Positions 38,751 to 48,512 of a stretch of 64,000 bases of DNA are shown piece by piece. This stretch comes from Euglena gracilis (taxonomy: Eukaryota), in the NCBI GenBank assembly GCA_039621445.1, contig CP154954.1:45611847-45675846 (forward strand). Direction: 5' to 3'. The translations under genes and the position numbers were made by a program. Within the stretch, counting starts at the first letter, position 1; every line of letters begins with the position of its first letter. A model generated the notes under the pieces. It saw nothing but the letters and a program-made list of their open reading frames with translations. It searched no databases and was not told the DNA's origin.

Positions 38751-38950
38751 TGGTAGCAGAATAGGTCAAAGATCCTACAGAAAGAAAGGCTACCAGGTAA
38801 TACACTTGGTAGCAGAATAGGTCAAAGATCCTACAGAAAGAAAGGCTACCAGGTAATACACTTGGTAGCAGAATAGGTCAAAGATCCTACAGAAAGAAAG
38901 GCTACCAGGTAATACACTTGGTAGCAGATTTAGGCAACGATCCTATACAG
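38745..38950 (+). repeat. 56-bp tandem array, each unit containing a primer-binding site (tRNA-iMet type)
   Basis: TGGTAGCAGA occurs at 38751, 38807, 38863 and 38919 (three identical units plus a diverged fourth). It is complementary to the ...TCTGCTACCA 3' end known for many eukaryotic initiator tRNAs. Confidence 0.9.
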
Positions 38951-39172
38951 ACGTTCCACACAGAGAACCTCTGTGGTTGACTGGTGGTGAGGATCGTACT
39001 GAGCCGTGAAACACGGTGAAAGTACTGTTCCTGGCCCCTAGCCAACCTTTAAGCAAGGATACAGGTCTCAGAAGGCTCTGTTCGGTAATCGCCGATACAA
39101 CCTTTCTGGTCCCTGTTTCTCTGCTTATTTGTGTGAATTTTTGGGTTTTTGCCTTTTTACCCATCTCAAAAG

Positions 39173-42100
39173 ATGCAGAGCACAAGCCCCAACCCCAAAT
39201 TTGATTATGACTTGTTGATGAGTTCATTGAGCAATTGTGATGAAGATTGCGGGGATTGGAACGGTTTGAATGAAACAAGTTCCAATTCCCGACCCCCCAA
39301 GCAAGAAGAAGGCAATTTGACTCATTTGTCATTGTCAAAAGGCGAAACGCCTTTATCATTGCATGGGGGTAATGAACCCTCTTCATCATCTTTGTCATTG
39401 ATTGTCCGGGATGTAGGTGGCAAAATGCCTTCCTCCATCCCGATTCACCCATCATTGATGCGGCGAGGGGATGAACCCCTTGCTACCCCACACTTGGTTA
39501 CTCATGTTACCCATGAACAAAGTGAGGGGTATTTGCCCTTTGCTCTGTTCACACCCAAAAGATCCCCGGTGGAAGCACCGGTGGGCCTTTTGGAGTGCAA
39601 CTCGGTGGAAACACCGTGTTTTTTCCAACCCCCCCCTCAATTACCACCCCCCACACCATTTCACGCTTTGCCGGGATTACCCGCGGAAGCTGCGGTTTTC
39701 CCTGCATTGCCATGGAACCCAGATATGCGTCTGGTGGTGCCGGAAATCTCTGGTGCCGTTTCTATTGTGGAGGACTATGAGGAAGATTTGAGGGATAACC
39801 TCACCCCCGGTGATGTTTTCCGAATTCTCGGTCAACTTCCAGCGGATCACCCGCTTAGCAAGCAAATTTTGCATGTCCACCAATGCGTTGCGGAATGCGC
39901 AACCATGCTCAACAAAGTTTTGCAGTTCGATGAGGACAATCAAAGGGTTGTCAACACCAAACTGGAATGTTGCTGGAATTATTTGCAGGAAATCGGCAAA
40001 TATTGCCAACACAATTTTGAAAATGCGGGGAAAGACCTTCAGCATTTTCGAGAAAGTGTTGACAGTATTTTGCGCATCCAACTTCCACAAAATTTCCAAC
40101 AAATCAGCGAAATGCTGCATGAAGCGGAAACGCGGAATGATTCCAAGTTTCTGCATGTGCAGGATGGTATGAGCCATCTTTTTGCCCAATTGGAGTCCTG
40201 TTCAACCATGTTACTGCAATTGCAGCAGCAGTTACAAGCGCAAAATGCCACCCCCAAAATGCCGGAAATCGGTAACTTTGTCGCGGTTGAGCATTTTGCC
40301 ACACTTACCACTTCTTTCCAAGAAGCGCAACAACGGATTTTGCATCTTGGCTCGGAAATCGAGCACTTGAAGCAATTTCAAGCGAAAGTGCAAGAAAATT
40401 TTGTTCCCCGTTCGCAAATCCAACTTTTGGAGGAACGAATTTTACACTTGGAGCAAAAATCCTGCCATTGTGCCGCAAATCAGGATGGATTAACCACCTT
40501 GAACGCGAAAATCGCAGATTGCGCACAACGGTTGGATTTTACGCAACAACAAATGCAAACGGACATTGGCGGTATTAATGCCACCGTTGTCGGTTTGCAG
40601 GAGCATGTTTTCGCACTTTCCAAGCGAATTCCCGACATTAGTGGTATTCAAGCCGCTATTGGGGAATTGCAAACCCGTTGCACCTTGTTGTCTACCACAG
40701 TGACGGAAATCCGCTCACTACCCCCCATTTCGCGTGCTCGGATATCCGAGTCACCGGAATTTCGCTCATTTTATGACAAAGTGCTTGGTGACAACAAGGA
40801 AACCTTGCAAGCATTTTGTACAAGTTTGCTCCAAATCGAGGAAAGCGTGAATCGGAATGCCCGATCCATGCAAGATGAGGTTTCTCGGTTGGATGGACGA
40901 ATTTCTGCGTTGTTGGAAAAGCCAACCGCGGAAAATTCGCGCACCACCGTGGAAACCCCCACAAAGTCACTCCACCAATTGCAAACCGTCTCAAATGCGG
41001 TAAAAAGCGCTTGCGGGTCAACTCCGGAATGTGGAGGAGTCCCAAGGAAATCTTGCCCAAGAATTACAATTGGTTTCTGAAAAGATGCCACACTTGGAAG
41101 ATTTTTCCCGTTACCGCAAACGCGTTAGGCATTTGGAGACTGAGGTTGACCGTATTTGCGGCCAACTCCAGTTGGTGGAACATTTGGAAGAAACGGTGCA
41201 TGACTTGTCCGCGAGTCTGGATAAAATGTCCACTCCGGTACCGGTTGTGCCACCATCCACCGCGGTAAGCGCTGCGGTTGGTATTCCAAATGTCCCGGAA
41301 TCGCGTTCTCAAATTACCATTTCTGGAGTAGGAATCCCTACATCCACTGCGAATTTGGTACAACCACCCGCGAAAACGCGAATTGTACCACCTTTGCATT
41401 TGCCAACACCACAAACACACTCTTCGCACGACATTTCCGATGAGGAAATTGGCCCCCCACTCGAAAATTCGAGTCTCCACCAAGAAATTCAACATTCCAA
41501 CCTTGTACGAGGTATGTGCCAACACCCCACACCTGGTATTGGTCATGTGTCGCATTCGCGATCATACCAACAACCGACGGGTTCTGGAATGCCAGACCAC
41601 CCATCGGATTTTCGGCGGGAAACCCGCCCCACTGGGGGAATTTCACCACATTTTCCGCGTTTCCCGCAGGAAAATCCTGCCAACCTTACACTTGGTGCGG
41701 GAAATCCTGCACGGGTTACACATGGAGCGGAAAATCCGCGAAACGCGTTTGGTGTTAAGAATTACCCTGACCCAAACCCCTGGAATACCACCGAGGGTCA
41801 GCGGGTTACTCAGAGAGACTTCAAGGGCACCATCGCAATCGCGAACAAGGTGAAACCCCAATGGGACGGGGATCCAACCACATGGAGACAATTTTTTCGG
41901 GATTGGGAGTACTATTGGGCACTAAAAGGACCCACCCAAGACCCGAATCCCGAGGTAGTCAAGATGGAATTCATCGATTGCCTACCGAGGGAGGAGCGAG
42001 AACGCGCACGCAATTTGGTGATACGTAATGGCGTATCATTCGATGACCTGGTTGAGCAATACGCTTCAACCAATTCAAGTCTGGTCACCAGGATTACCCT

Positions 42101-43250
42101 GGAGAAGAAGTGGCGACAAAGCGCGCCATCGGATCGCAAATGGAAATCCATTGACCTTTGGTATGCCAAATGGTTAGCACTTGCTTCCGAAGTTGATGAA
42201 CTTAGCGAGAAGCAAATGCGTGAACAATTCGATGCGGTTTTGTTGCATTTCACACCATCCCTCGTGAAGGATATCCATCGCGAGGAGTTGGCAGGGCATG
42301 AGATGACTCTTGCCCAACGTTGGAATTATGTGTCAAAGCAACTCAAGCTCACACAAGTTTTGGGACAAATACAGTCCGCTTTCCAAATGCATCCCACCGC
42401 GGGAATCCCTGCGGGTGCGGTTAATGCACTACAAAAATCACCCATGTCACCAAGATCACCCACCACGGGACCGAAAACGCGGAATCAGCGTTCTTCGGAC
42501 CAGGGCACGGATAAACTGTGCTTTTTGTGCAACAAATCTGGTCACATGTCTCGGGAATGCCCGAATCCCGATGCGCGAAAGCGTATTGGAAGCCCAAGGG
42601 GCTCGACCTCCTCACGGGGATCGGGTTCCTCGGCGTTTTCACGTCAATCGGCAGTTTCACGGTCTTCGGAGAACCGCTTTAGCGGTAGTAGGCCCAAGTC
42701 ACCATCGCGTGATGGTCGGGAAACCCGTCCTTCTCGCGGTCGGTCACCTGGCCCCCCTGCCCGAAAACGGGATTTCAACCGCGATTCTTCACGATCTCGT
42801 TCGCGAAGTGGATCATCCTCTTCACGCGAGTCAACGGGGAAGTCCCGATACACCGGTCATGGTCGACGGGAAACCCGTTCACCACGACGGTTTGACGGAA
42901 AAACGGAATACCGTTCCCCCCGTTATGCGGAATCCCGCCACAAATCCCGTTGTTCACTTTGCGGTTCCAAAGATCACCACGCATCCAAATGTCCCAGATC
43001 TCGTTCCCCCCGGCCCGGCTACGGAAATCGCGGTAAGCGCCGCGATGACCGTGGTTACTCCTCCAACCGGCAAAAGGTCGGTTTCAAGATATCTTGTTTG
43101 GAGGAGGACACCCCGGCTTCGGGCAGGGAGGGGGATGAGACCTCGGACGGGGAATTTAATGAGGCCCGAATGGCGGTGCGCTCATTGAATTCCATCTATT
43201 CCACCAAAAAGTCCGTTGCCGGCTATGCGGCCGGTTCGGACTTGGAGTAG
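39173..43250 (+). CDS. Gag-like polyprotein with long coiled-coil N-terminus (one +1 frame change at ~41002-41006)
   Basis: ORF 39149-41080 (ATG at 39173; heptad-rich) joins ORF 41031-43250 if one A of GTAAAAAGCG is skipped. It contains a capsid-like WDGDPTTWRQFFRDW segment, two CCHC knuckles (CFLCNKSGHMSREC, CSLCGSKDHHASKC) and an RS-rich linker. Confidence 0.85.
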
Positions 43251-43286
43251 GGGAGCCCGAGGTCCGAGGGCACGGACCTCTGGGCT
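43248..43286 (+). promoter_or_regulatory. Putative stop-codon readthrough signal (UAG-G plus 13-bp hairpin)
   Basis: The gag TAG is in frame with pol. AGCCCGAGGTCCG (43254-43266) pairs with CGGACCTC-T-GGGCT (43273-43286). Confidence 0.7.
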
Positions 43287-43295
43287 GATGAACAG

Positions 43296-46200
43296 ATGGA
43301 GGTAAGACCTGATCAACCTTACCCCCCCTGCCCATCCGCCTTCACGGTCAGTACCCGGAATTATTTCGGGTCCCCTACCCCCCACTCCACATTTCCGCTC
43401 GGAATGCTGAGCAAAGTGGGAAAGGGTTCATGGGAGAGCTGGCATGCAAACGTATTTCCGCCAGACCCTTCACTTTGCGTACCACCAATGGAATTACTCG
43501 TCCAAGCGGAAATCCGCATCCAAAATTTCTCCACTAAAGTTAAAATTCTCATTGACACTGGTTGTCGCATTGCACTGCTCTTTCGGTTGGGGTTGATACC
43601 GACCCCGCTCTTGGTAAGCGCCAAGAAACCGATCAAAATTACAACCGCGGATAACACCCCCATGTGTGGTGGTGATTTGGGATGTGTGCTCGAGATACTC
43701 TTGCCCATCATTCCGAAGCATCACTCACAACCCCCACAAGTACAACATTTCACCAATATTTGGGGTTACGAGTCCGGAATTCACGGGTCTGACGTAATTT
43801 TGGGATACCCATTTTTACGCCAGTACCGATTGGTTGTGGATTGCCACTCCCACGGTTTGCGCACAGCACCCACCACTTCATTGACACCCAAACCACCATC
43901 ACCGTTGTCATCCACTATGATGACCACCGCTTTGCCCACACCGTTACCCACAATGGCAACACCGTTACCCACCACACCAACAACCGTTTTCCACACCCGG
44001 GGTACGGAGAAAGCCTCCCCCCTGCCCAATGACACACCAACATGCGTTCCACATGAGGCAGGGCAAGCGAGTAGCGGTACCCCCACCGTTCCACTGGGTT
44101 ACAAGACGAAAGCCCAAAGGCCTGAAGTAATTACGGTGTCGAGTAGTCGCCCAGCTACACCACCACTCCGTTTCCCACCAGTTGTGCCGAATCCAGGCAC
44201 ACCTGTACAAGACTCACCGGCTAATGCCATCGACACCCACTTTCACGCACACCCGTCACACCATCACACTTCCTTCCAATGTGTGCACTGCAGGAGAATT
44301 TCCACCCAATCGGATTTCGATTGTGGATGTTTAGTTCAAAATCCGACACTAATCGCAATTCCGAAAACGGAATCCACCACCCATGATACACTTGGTTGTA
44401 GCCCGCAATGCGCGGAGATACACCGAGTACTCCAACAACGCGGATTAGCCTCGTTGTTCGGAACCGCGAAAAGCGCGATTCCTAATTACAATCGCGATCA
44501 CCCTTGGTACGGATTTGATGCGGAATGGGGAAACCCCCAACCTGTCCAAACTCCCTTGGGATCAACCCTTGTGGTAGTGGAAGACAGCCCGCATGTTTGT
44601 GGATCCATTCATTGTGTTTCTACCCTTCAACCCGAAAATCGGGTGCATGAATACGCGAAACGCGTATGGAATGCTTTCAATTTTGGTCAATATCGCATTT
44701 TGGAACGATGGTTTTCCAAAATCGCGACATTGGCAAATTCTTTTGATTTGGCATTGGAAATCGATGCCTTTTCATCCAATGCACATGCCCGTTTGCCACG
44801 TCATTGGTCACAACACTCCAACGCATTTGATAAATTTTGGGGTGATACGGTGTTATGGATGCACCCTCCCCCAAAACTTATCGAATGTGCGGTTGAGAAA
44901 ATTCTGCGGGATGAAGCCCGTGGAGTTATTCTCATACCCATCATTCCGGAAGCGGAATGGTTCACACAACTATCGTATGTATGTTTTCATTGGTGGGATT
45001 TACCCACTAATGTACCGATTTTTGAGGATTTTTGTGGTAAAATATTACCACCCTTGCAAGAAATCATTTTTCGCGTATGTTTCTTCGATGCATTCGGAAT
45101 GTCCGAATTCGCGGTGCCGAGGAAGCTCGGTAGCCCCAGGGATACCCTGGCGGTTTCCGCAGTCATCGAGAGTGCAGGTCAGCATCCTAAGTCAGCCGAA
45201 TTCTGTTCGCGGATTACCCGCGAATTCCACGGTGTGCTGGAAAATCCAGTATACGCGTGCGACATCGACCCCGCGATACGCGGTCCGTTCGGTGTTTGTA
45301 AGATCGAGCTTAAGGATGGAGCAAAGCCAATGCACCGGAAATTTTTTCGTTGTTCGGGAGAACGCGAACAAGCTCTCAATGAAATGATTGAGAAGCTTAT
45401 TCAGCGCAAGTGGATTGTACCCTCGAAAAGCGAGTGGACATCCCAGGCATTTGTTGTTCCTAAACCCCCAGACCCCTCAGGTCAGAAGAAATGGAGGCTG
45501 GTGCTGGATTACCGGTACCTGAACTCCCAAACAAGGGATGATCCCTTCCCGCTCCCCCTGATCGAGGATTTGATCACCAAACAATCGGAAAACCGGTTGT
45601 GGTCAATTTTCGATCTGGAGGACGGTTTTCACCAAATGCACTTACACCCTGACTCCCAACCATACACGGCATTCGTGACATCCAAGGGTGTGTACCAATG
45701 GACGGTACTCCCCATGGGTGTTAAGAATGGCCCAGCCATGTTTCAGCGCATGATACAATGGGTTCTACGCGATTTACCGTTTGCCATTGTGTACATTGAT
45801 GATGTGCTGGTGGGAACACCACCACCATCCGCACAATCGAGCGAGGATATCCTCGTCACACACTTCCACCATGTTTGCGCGGTATTAACCGCTTTTCAAA
45901 AACATGTGCTTTTCGCGAAAGGCGCGAAAATGCATTTGTTTCGGATTATTATAAAATTTTGCGGCGACATCCTCAGCAATGGACAGCGGAAAGCCGCTCC
46001 GAGTAAACTCGAAGCCATTAAGAAATGGACCCCTGAGGTAATCAAAACGATTACTCACCTCAAAGGATTTTTGGGATTAGCCCAATACTACGCGATTTAT
46101 ATGAAGGACTTCGCGAAAATCGCGGTGCCCCTCACCAAGCAGCTCAAAAACCGGGCTGTTGACAACACCAAAGTCATTTGGGATGACCAAATGCGCGAGG

Positions 46201-48350
46201 CCCTTGAGAAAATCAAGGTTTTGCTTTTGGAGAATGTTGTCCTCGAAATCGCGGACCCGTACAAACCATACGTGTTGGAAGTCGACAGCAGCGATTACGC
46301 TGTTGGCGGAGTTCTTAGCCAGCATAATGCGGCGAATGAGCTCCGACCTGTGGCTTTCTTCAGCAGAAAGTTACAGGGCGACGATGGAAAAGGTCAAGTC
46401 AAATGGAGTATACGCGAGAAGGAAACCTACGCAATCGTGCTTATACTCCAGAAATTCCGAAGCTGGGTAGCCAGCAGCCTCGTCCAGATCCTCGTCAAGA
46501 CCGACCATGAGAGTCTCCAACACTGGTACACCGAGGATTTGAACAAGGCCATGTCATCGGTCGGAAGGCGATGCAGATGGCATGAGTTCTTGAGTCAATT
46601 CAACCTTGTGGTTATCTATACCCCTGGTCACACACAAAAAGTAGCGGATCCGCTCAGTCGGGCCCCTTGGTATTACCCTGGGAACCCGGATGAGGGAGAC
46701 GCGACTTTTCATGGAAGTCAGGAAGCTGACGACTACGCACGTCGAAACGACGCTGCGGATAATCTTTTGGATTCTTTTCCCGTTTCACAACTATTCCTGG
46801 TCGCACCAGTGCGAGGAAGGCGCCGACGTGGAAGCACGTCCGGGCCCCGGCGTATTACGCGCACGGAGTCCCCTTCTCCACTGTTCTTTCGCGAATGGGA
46901 TTATAGTCGTGACCCGGTGTATGACACCATTGTCACCAGACTTCGTAATGGCGAAGTGCTGGACAATTACACTCTTTCACCTTTACGGTTGGTTTTTCGC
47001 AATGAATCGGGTTACAAATATTGTATCCCCCAGGACCTGGTTGATGATGTGATTTTGTGTTATCACAACCATGGTCACCCTGGGGCCCCCAAACTTCTTT
47101 CGTTGGTGGGCCGCAGGTACTGTACAACCCTGAGCGAGAAAGAGCTTTACTCACGCTGTTTGCGAATAGCGCAACGGTGTCAAATTTGTCAAGCGGTAAA
47201 ACCCCGCAGAGGTACCCCCCCTGGTACGATGGACTTTTTCCCCGTACCCCCTGACATTTTTACATCCCTCTGCATGGATTTTCTGGAATTAGAACCGTGC
47301 AAAGGAACAGACGACAAAATTTACGATTACGTTTTTGTTGTCGTCTGCAGGCTGAGTGGGTACATTGTAGCCATTCCATGCCAGAAGTCAGGGTTGACTG
47401 CCCAAAGTTTGGCAACTATATTTTTGGAGAAATGTATTTGCTTGATGGGTTTACCGAATGAAATCGTGAGTGATCAAGACCATTTGATTTCTTCAAGGTT
47501 TTTCACCACTTTGTGCGGTTTACTCGGAATCGAGCAACATTTTTCCATTATATACCGACCCAAAGGCAATGGTAGAGCCGAGGCAGCCGTGAAATCCGTC
47601 GTGAATATGCTTCGCCTTTCACTGGCTGACTCGCGCAGCAACTGGATATCAGTTCTACCATGGTCTTTGTTTTATATCAATACCCTACCAGGGTTGGTTT
47701 TACCTCACTCCCCCTATAAATTAGTTTTCGGACGGGACCCTCCGGCCATAGGGGATGTCCCTTCGGAGAGACCCGCCCGAACGAGTGTCAGTTGCGAGAC
47801 CTGGTTTGCGGAAGTAGAAAATCTACGTTCTGCAGTCCAGAAGCGCGTCACTGATATTCATGCAGCAAAACGGAAATCGTTTTTGCAGAATTTCAAGTCA
47901 CCTGTTTACAGTCCCGGTGACCGCGTGTGGGTACGGAATAGCCGTACTCGCATGCAGTCTTCCAAGCTGGACCCCCTCTGGCTCGGCCCCTGTGAAATCC
48001 TAGAAAGACTAGGTACCAGCGGGCGTTACAAGGTTGCATTACCGAATGGTGTTGAGGACGTTCATATGGACGACTTCAAACCATACCTGTCGCCACCGGA
48101 TGGGAAACCCATCCCGTGTTTGCACTTCAAACCCCGTTCCAGATTACCTGAGACGGACGACTTTGTAGTCGATAAAATTATCGATCACAAAATCGACAAA
48201 GGTATGCACCTTTGGAAGGTCCGCTGGAAAGGGTATGGGCCCGAGGAGGACACTTGGGAGCCAGCAACCAGTTTTGTTGGGTATGTCCAGCAAGATTGGA
48301 AGCTGTGGAACAAGAAACATAACATTGATGTTTCCATGACAAGTTTTTGA
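43296..48350 (+). CDS. pol: Pol polyprotein: protease - Dam-like adenine MTase - RT - RNase H - integrase - chromodomain
   Basis: ILIDTGC/VILGYPFL; IDAFSS...WMHPPP; LVLDYRYLN, PMGVKNGP, YIDD; VDSSDYAVG, EKE, TDH, ADPLSR; HNHGH..CQIC, MDF, SDQD, NGRAE; WLGPCEI; FVVDKIIDHK...WKVRWKGYGPEEDTWEP. The ORF is uninterrupted for 1,684 aa. Confidence 0.97.
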   Translation: MEVRPDQPYPPCPSAFTVSTRNYFGSPTPHSTFPLGMLSKVGKGSWESWHANVFPPDPSLCVPPMELLVQAEIRIQNFSTKVKILIDTGCRIALLFRLGLIPTPLLVSAKKPIKITTADNTPMCGGDLGCVLEILLPIIPKHHSQPPQVQHFTNIWGYESGIHGSDVILGYPFLRQYRLVVDCHSHGLRTAPTTSLTPKPPSPLSSTMMTTALPTPLPTMATPLPTTPTTVFHTRGTEKASPLPNDTPTCVPHEAGQASSGTPTVPLGYKTKAQRPEVITVSSSRPATPPLRFPPVVPNPGTPVQDSPANAIDTHFHAHPSHHHTSFQCVHCRRISTQSDFDCGCLVQNPTLIAIPKTESTTHDTLGCSPQCAEIHRVLQQRGLASLFGTAKSAIPNYNRDHPWYGFDAEWGNPQPVQTPLGSTLVVVEDSPHVCGSIHCVSTLQPENRVHEYAKRVWNAFNFGQYRILERWFSKIATLANSFDLALEIDAFSSNAHARLPRHWSQHSNAFDKFWGDTVLWMHPPPKLIECAVEKILRDEARGVILIPIIPEAEWFTQLSYVCFHWWDLPTNVPIFEDFCGKILPPLQEIIFRVCFFDAFGMSEFAVPRKLGSPRDTLAVSAVIESAGQHPKSAEFCSRITREFHGVLENPVYACDIDPAIRGPFGVCKIELKDGAKPMHRKFFRCSGEREQALNEMIEKLIQRKWIVPSKSEWTSQAFVVPKPPDPSGQKKWRLVLDYRYLNSQTRDDPFPLPLIEDLITKQSENRLWSIFDLEDGFHQMHLHPDSQPYTAFVTSKGVYQWTVLPMGVKNGPAMFQRMIQWVLRDLPFAIVYIDDVLVGTPPPSAQSSEDILVTHFHHVCAVLTAFQKHVLFAKGAKMHLFRIIIKFCGDILSNGQRKAAPSKLEAIKKWTPEVIKTITHLKGFLGLAQYYAIYMKDFAKIAVPLTKQLKNRAVDNTKVIWDDQMREALEKIKVLLLENVVLEIADPYKPYVLEVDSSDYAVGGVLSQHNAANELRPVAFFSRKLQGDDGKGQVKWSIREKETYAIVLILQKFRSWVASSLVQILVKTDHESLQHWYTEDLNKAMSSVGRRCRWHEFLSQFNLVVIYTPGHTQKVADPLSRAPWYYPGNPDEGDATFHGSQEADDYARRNDAADNLLDSFPVSQLFLVAPVRGRRRRGSTSGPRRITRTESPSPLFFREWDYSRDPVYDTIVTRLRNGEVLDNYTLSPLRLVFRNESGYKYCIPQDLVDDVILCYHNHGHPGAPKLLSLVGRRYCTTLSEKELYSRCLRIAQRCQICQAVKPRRGTPPGTMDFFPVPPDIFTSLCMDFLELEPCKGTDDKIYDYVFVVVCRLSGYIVAIPCQKSGLTAQSLATIFLEKCICLMGLPNEIVSDQDHLISSRFFTTLCGLLGIEQHFSIIYRPKGNGRAEAAVKSVVNMLRLSLADSRSNWISVLPWSLFYINTLPGLVLPHSPYKLVFGRDPPAIGDVPSERPARTSVSCETWFAEVENLRSAVQKRVTDIHAAKRKSFLQNFKSPVYSPGDRVWVRNSRTRMQSSKLDPLWLGPCEILERLGTSGRYKVALPNGVEDVHMDDFKPYLSPPDGKPIPCLHFKPRSRLPETDDFVVDKIIDHKIDKGMHLWKVRWKGYGPEEDTWEPATSFVGYVQQDWKLWNKKHNIDVSMTSF

Positions 48351-48512
48351 GAACGCATGGGAAACCCATGTTGTTTTCTCTTCTTTTTATCATTGATTCT
48401 TATCATTCTTTCTTTCCGCAGACTTTTTACCAAATAATACTCAAGCGGTTACCCTCACACACCTTACAACCAACAACCCAAACATCCCACCGTACCGACC
48501 CCGGGCTGTATC

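Noticed and set aside
38745-38950. CRISPR-like array
   Set aside because: The units are identical head-to-tail with no unique spacers, no cas genes are present, and the context is a eukaryotic LTR element.
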